A stretch of DNA of 64,000 bases, taken from NCBI GenBank assembly GCA_903869825.1, contig CAIQAL010000003.1:3624-67623 (forward strand), read 5' to 3'. A program made the translations under genes and the position numbers. The DNA comes from an uncultured bacterium (GTDB lineage: Bacteria; Patescibacteriota; Minisyncoccia; Phycocordibacterales; UBA9973). Positions 60,208-64,000 of the stretch are shown here, one piece after another. A model generated the notes under the pieces. That model saw only the letters and a list, made by a program, of their open reading frames with translations, was not told where the DNA came from and did not search any database. The stretch's first letter is position 1; every line of letters begins with the position of its first letter.

Positions 60208-61251
60208 ATGTCAGAAAACAATCTAGCCTTATATCGTAAATACCGCCCAGGTAATTTTGAGGAAGTTCTGGGACAGGATCACATCGTAAAAATTCTTGAA
60301 AGCTCAATTGAGAACAATAAAATTTCGCACGCCTATCTTTTTGTTGGCACAAGGGGGACAGGAAAAACATCAGTAGCAAGGATTTTTGCCAATAAAATTG
60401 GGGTATCAAAGAATGATATTTACGAAATAGATGCTGCTTCGAATCGTGGAATTGATGATATAAAAGAGCTTCGTGACGGGGTATATGTGCTTCCTTTTGA
60501 TTCTAAGTACAAGATTTATATCATAGACGAGGTACACATGCTCTCAAAAGACGCTTGGGGAGGCCTTTTAAAGACGCTAGAAGAGCCACCAAGGCATGTA
60601 ATCTTCATCTTGGCGACTACTGAACTACACAAAGTTCCGGAAACGATCATTTCCCGTTGTCAGATTTTTACCTTTCGGAAGGCTTCAGACCTTATCTTAA
60701 AAAATATGCTTCTTGCTGTTGCAAAGAAAGAAGGATTTGAAATGGATTTTAGTTCGGCGGACTTGCTCGCGATTTTGGGTGATGGCTCATATCGAGATGC
60801 TTTGGGGTATTTACAAAAAGTCCTAAATTTTACCAAAGGTAAAAAAGTAAAATTAGAAGAGGTGGAAAAAATTACTGGGGCGCCAAAAAATGTATTGGTC
60901 AATAATTTTGTTTACGCTATTGCTTTAAGAAATCCGGAAATTGGGATTATGGCGATTAGACAAGCCGCCAAAGAAAATTTGGATATGAAATTATATTTGA
61001 AACTCATTATGCAAAAATTTAGGATGGCAGTAATTTTGAGGTATGCTCCAAATCTTACTGAAGAAATGACAGGGGATTTGTCTGAGGCAGATTTGGAATT
61101 TCTCAAAGGTTTAATCAAGGAAGACTCTGGAACAAACTTGCGTTCTCCTGCTTTGGCTGTTCTATTGGAAGCTTATCAAAACATTGATAAAAGTTTTGTT
61201 TCTGAACTCCCACTTGAGCTTGCCTTAATTAAAATTTTGGCAAAAGAATAA
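60208..61251 (+). CDS. dnaX: DNA polymerase III subunit gamma/tau, short form (347 aa, domains I-III only)
   Basis: YRPGNFEEVLGQ, HAYLFVGTRGTGKTS Walker A, IDEVHML, SRCQIF sensor motifs; TGATATACT 6 nt upstream of ATG. Confidence 0.8.
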   Translation: MSENNLALYRKYRPGNFEEVLGQDHIVKILESSIENNKISHAYLFVGTRGTGKTSVARIFANKIGVSKNDIYEIDAASNRGIDDIKELRDGVYVLPFDSKYKIYIIDEVHMLSKDAWGGLLKTLEEPPRHVIFILATTELHKVPETIISRCQIFTFRKASDLILKNMLLAVAKKEGFEMDFSSADLLAILGDGSYRDALGYLQKVLNFTKGKKVKLEEVEKITGAPKNVLVNNFVYAIALRNPEIGIMAIRQAAKENLDMKLYLKLIMQKFRMAVILRYAPNLTEEMTGDLSEADLEFLKGLIKEDSGTNLRSPALAVLLEAYQNIDKSFVSELPLELALIKILAKE

Positions 61252-61270
61252 ACAAGAGTACAATAAGGTT

Positions 61271-61534
61271 ATGAATCCAACTACAGCATCAGAAGTTTTC
61301 TTTATTATTTCTTCGGTAGGTTTTGTAACCTTATGGGTATTGATAGTGGTTTTCTTGTTTTATCTTATTCGGGCAATGAAGATGTTTTCTCGGATGTTGG
61401 AACGAGTTGAAAAGAACGTGGATTCAATCAGTGATACCACTAAAGAGATGATTGAAGATGTTCGAGAAAGTACTGTCTACCGATTTTTGTTTAAGAAAAA
61501 GAGAAAGGGTCGAAAAGATAACAAAAATTATTAA
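61271..61534 (+). CDS. hypothetical small membrane protein (1 TM + charged tail)
   Basis: ORF only. Confidence 0.4.
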   Translation: MNPTTASEVFFIISSVGFVTLWVLIVVFLFYLIRAMKMFSRMLERVEKNVDSISDTTKEMIEDVRESTVYRFLFKKKRKGRKDNKNY

Positions 61535-61558
61535 TAATACTTAATTACTTATAAAACT

Positions 61559-61927
61559 ATGAAAAAAGAAACAAATAAAAAAATGTCAGTTGGGAAAGCA
61601 GTCGCCATTGGGGCAGGAGTAGCAACCATAGGTGCTGGAGCATATTATTTGCTTGGGTCCGACGGTAAAAAGAATCAAAAAAAAGCGAAAGTTTGGATGA
61701 CTAAAATGGAAAAGGATGTTTTAAAGAAAGTCGCTACTCTTAAAGATGCTAGTGAGCCGATGTATCATAAAGCGGTTGATTCACTTTCTGCTACTTATGC
61801 CAAAGAATACAAGGAATACGCTCCCGAAATTAAATCTTTTGCAAACCTATTAAAGAAACAATTAGGCGCTCTTAGTAAAAAAGCAAAACCTGCTACCAAG
61901 AATAAAAAGCTAACTGCAAAAAAGTAA
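61559..61927 (+). CDS. hypothetical lysine-rich protein with N-terminal hydrophobic/Gly-Ala segment
   Basis: ORF only. Confidence 0.4.
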   Translation: MKKETNKKMSVGKAVAIGAGVATIGAGAYYLLGSDGKKNQKKAKVWMTKMEKDVLKKVATLKDASEPMYHKAVDSLSATYAKEYKEYAPEIKSFANLLKKQLGALSKKAKPATKNKKLTAKK

Positions 61928-61945
61928 AACTAATCAAGCAAAAAA

Positions 61946-61969
61946 AATACCATTTAATTAAAGGGTATT
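61946..61969. terminator. weak bidirectional hairpin between convergent genes
   Basis: A8-aatacc-(12-nt loop)-ggtatt-tgttttt. Confidence 0.3.
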
Positions 61970-61974
61970 TGTTT

Positions 61975-62589
61975 TTATGCTCGGACGAGGTTTAGAGTTC
62001 CGGTAACTTTTCCGTAGGCTCCTGTTCGAACAAAAGTTCCCGTGATAGTATTGCCGGAATAAGTTCCAGTGAAGGAAACATCGGAACTGAGAGCGGTTAC
62101 TCCGTTATAGCTAAGAGTATTGCCGGAGACTTTGATTCGAGCGTTTGCACTAGGAGTATTGATGCATTTAGGAGCACTTGGGGCGCTTGTTTTGCCGGAA
62201 AACGTGATAGTGGTCGTATAACAAAGATTGGTGTAAGCTATTTTGCCGATAGCAGTGCCATTTTCAACTTTTTCAATGGTAATATTTACATCCCCAGAAG
62301 TGGTGATAGTTGTGGATGAACGAGCGGTTACAATTTTTTCAGAACCCTCCATTCCCTTACCGGGAGTTGCGGAAACCCAAGTACCAACAAGGTCACTGTT
62401 TGTGTTTGAATTTGTATTTACTTCTGGAGTTAATGGAACATTGGTTACAGAATTTGCCATCGTGTTTGTCGCTTCTTTTTTTTCTTCAGTTGATTTTGAT
62501 TTTCCACCAGCAAGCACTACTATTAGAACAATCACAACCAAAACTACTACTACGATAACATAATATTTTAACGAAGATTTATTTTGCAT
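61975..62589 (-). CDS. hypothetical secreted/anchored T/S/G-rich protein
   Basis: N-terminal signal anchor (YYVIVVVVLVVIVLIVVLAGG), Thr/Ser-rich low-complexity, two Cys. Confidence 0.5.
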   Translation of the reverse strand: MQNKSSLKYYVIVVVVLVVIVLIVVLAGGKSKSTEEKKEATNTMANSVTNVPLTPEVNTNSNTNSDLVGTWVSATPGKGMEGSEKIVTARSSTTITTSGDVNITIEKVENGTAIGKIAYTNLCYTTTITFSGKTSAPSAPKCINTPSANARIKVSGNTLSYNGVTALSSDVSFTGTYSGNTITGTFVRTGAYGKVTGTLNLVRA

Positions 62590-62658
62590 ATTTTTATATA
62601 TTTATTAATAAGTCTAATTTAATAATTACTAAATTTCGGCCTTTTTATTATATCAAAT

Positions 62659-63198
62659 TTAATTTGACCCCGTACACTCAACCCGGGCGTAGGGGAGAGA
62701 TTGGTATGCTTTTGAAGTGTCCGGCACTAAAATTTGTTTTTCTTCAATGAGTGGGTATCTCAATTTGATCAAACCTATCGCGCTTGTTCGATATATTTCT
62801 TTTTCATTATTTTGCGAGCCTTCAATAGTATAAGAGAAAACATCGGAAATGATATCGTTATCGATATTTCCGGCAATAGTGCCATCGTACCCGTTACTCA
62901 TGTCAGGGCCATTTTGAATCCCAGTTTTACTTCCTATTACGTTTTTTCCATTAACCGTTATGTCTAAGAATTCGTTTACGGTGTAAGGAGCATCTTTCGT
63001 TGCCTCGTGGTCGAACATATAGCATTGCCGACCGTCGGAAAGCGGATTGCCAGTCGGTATTTCTGAAGGAAGGACTGCAAAAATTTTCTGAGAGGAAATG
63101 ATTTTATCTACTAACTTTGGCACCCAAAATTTTTGAGTGATTAGAGCAATAATGCCTAAAATTATTAAGATCAGAAGGAAAATTCTAATACCTTTCAT
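62659..63198 (-). CDS. hypothetical secreted/anchored protein
   Basis: signal anchor MKGIRIFLLILIILGIIALI then soluble domain; start placed at Met31 of the ORF. Confidence 0.5.
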   Translation of the reverse strand: MKGIRIFLLILIILGIIALITQKFWVPKLVDKIISSQKIFAVLPSEIPTGNPLSDGRQCYMFDHEATKDAPYTVNEFLDITVNGKNVIGSKTGIQNGPDMSNGYDGTIAGNIDNDIISDVFSYTIEGSQNNEKEIYRTSAIGLIKLRYPLIEEKQILVPDTSKAYQSLPYARVECTGSN

Positions 63199-63291
63199 AA
63201 AATAGATTATATCAAACATATTATAATATTGATACAAAATATTAAAATGATTTCTTTCTAAATATGTAGCCCGATAGGGGAATAGCAATGA

Positions 63292-63642
63292 TTGTTATCG
63301 CTAAGCATCAAATCAGGGCTTTCTTTATCTAATGAGATATCTTTCACCACACCGCCAAAAGTAATTGAAAGTGGAACTCCAATCATTACAGCTCTTGAAG
63401 GGCAAACCCAAATTACCCTTGGCCAAACTTCTACAATAAATATCGAGGCCTATGACCCTAAAAATAGCCCATTGACCTACAGCGGTGACTGGGGAGATAC
63501 CGATTCTCTAGCCAATCACCCTATTTTTTTCAAAATGCTACATTTAGTCATGTCTATAATTAAGTTGGAGTTTATGCCGCCCGTTTTACAGTTGAAAATA
63601 GTAGTGGTCAAAAAACCTCTTCATCTATCACGATTATTTTAA
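63292..63642 (+). pseudogene. possible remnant of a cadherin-like/Ig-like (He_PIG-type) surface domain
   Basis: first ~70 codons read ...PIITALEGQTQITLGQTSTINIEAYDPKNSPLTYSGDWGD (LTYS motif); remainder looks like non-coding frame. Confidence 0.25.
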
Positions 63643-63697
63643 ACCCATTAATTAGTATCCATTAATTAGTTAATGCTTTATTATTAAATATAAAAAT

Positions 63698-63783
63698 AAA
63701 TACCTCTAATTAAAACTAGAGGTATTTATTATATAATAATCAAAAACTAGCAAAACAGTTCTTACTAGTTTTTGCTAGTTTTT
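63698..63783. terminator. two consecutive strong hairpins in AT-rich intergenic region (bidirectional terminators)
   Basis: aaatacctct-(10 nt)-agaggtattt (63698-63727) and caaaaactagcaaaa-(14 nt)-ttttgctagttttt (63742-63783), each flanked by A-run and T-run. Confidence 0.5.
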
Positions 63784-63821
63784 TGCTTAAAATCTTTCAG
63801 CATTAAAGACAATAAATATTG

Positions 63822-64000
63822 TTAATCGTATAATACGTACTGACGCCATCCCCCCAACCAAGTTTTATGCCAATAAGTACCATTCTCCAACCCATGTAAA
63901 ACTGAAGATGATTTATATCTATCTAATTCCGGTGCACCTCCCTTGTTGGTAATTTCTGCCACTATATTACCATTTCCTATATCTAATTTTTTGAAAGTTA
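63822..64000 (-). CDS. 3' end of an unidentified CDS running off the window
   Basis: open frame on minus strand ...LDIGNGNIVAEITNKGGAPELDRYKSSSVLHGLENGTYWHKTWLGGWRQYVLYD* with stop at 63822-63824. Confidence 0.3.
   Translation of the reverse strand, partial: TFKKLDIGNGNIVAEITNKGGAPELDRYKSSSVLHGLENGTYWHKTWLGGWRQYVLYD

Noticed and set aside
62669-62697. GC-rich palindrome ccccgtacactcaacccgggcgtagggg
   Set aside because: It lies inside the C-terminal coding region of the 62659-63198 gene and the stem is imperfect. I do not treat it as a terminator or RNA element.
63649-63672. Direct repeat cattaattagt x2 as possible CRISPR or IS terminal repeat
   Set aside because: There are only two adjacent copies with no spacer structure and no cas genes or transposase nearby. 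It is simple AT-rich duplication.

Overview
This 64-kb window is a gene-dense (~90% coding), low-GC (~35%) stretch of the chromosome core of a small-genome bacterium. Its protein features suggest a CPR/Patescibacteria-like lineage: short DnaX, Rel truncated after the TGS domain, short ATP-synthase delta and epsilon subunits, and almost no Shine-Dalgarno sites. It uses the standard genetic code. TGA terminates upp and metK, and a tRNA-Trp with anticodon CCA is present in the window.

Gene content is housekeeping:
- agmatine deiminase (3' end), metK, cysS, an AI-2E transporter, rplU, recR, dnaB and trpS;
- a complete F1Fo ATP-synthase operon (atpI-like, B, E, F, H, A, an extra small ORF, G, D, C);
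- a PEBP-family protein, rsmI, priA, mreB, holB, frr, rseP and a 566-aa cysteine-rich protein;
- an M24 peptidase, a tandem ddl-ddl fusion followed by alr, rpmG, tRNA-Trp and upp;
- an AlkD-like repair protein;
- a de novo purine cluster: purL (with a PurS-like N-terminus), purQ, F, N, D, E, M, C;
- yhhQ, miaA, an HTH-MurA fusion, tRNA-Leu(CAA), parB, dgkA, rel, topA, serS, an FtsQ-like protein and a dus gene;
- carA-carB-pyrB, dnaX, and a cluster of secreted or membrane hypothetical proteins.

I found no CRISPR array, IS element or integrase.

Points worth a second look:
- Many genes appear to be transcribed as leaderless mRNAs. They carry an extended -10 box (TGnTAnAAT) 6-7 nt upstream of the ATG.
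- Two genes are disrupted. metK has a frameshift in a T7 run. A surface protein with a peptidoglycan-binding domain has a single in-frame TGA.
- PriA has a degenerate Walker A and DExH box.
- An XRE-HTH domain is fused to MurA.
- D-Ala-D-Ala ligase is a tandem double fusion next to alr.
- A large cysteine-rich protein with repeated zinc-ribbon-like modules has no function I can assign.
- PurL carries a fused PurS-like N-terminus.
- The ATP-synthase operon has shortened subunits and extra small ORFs.
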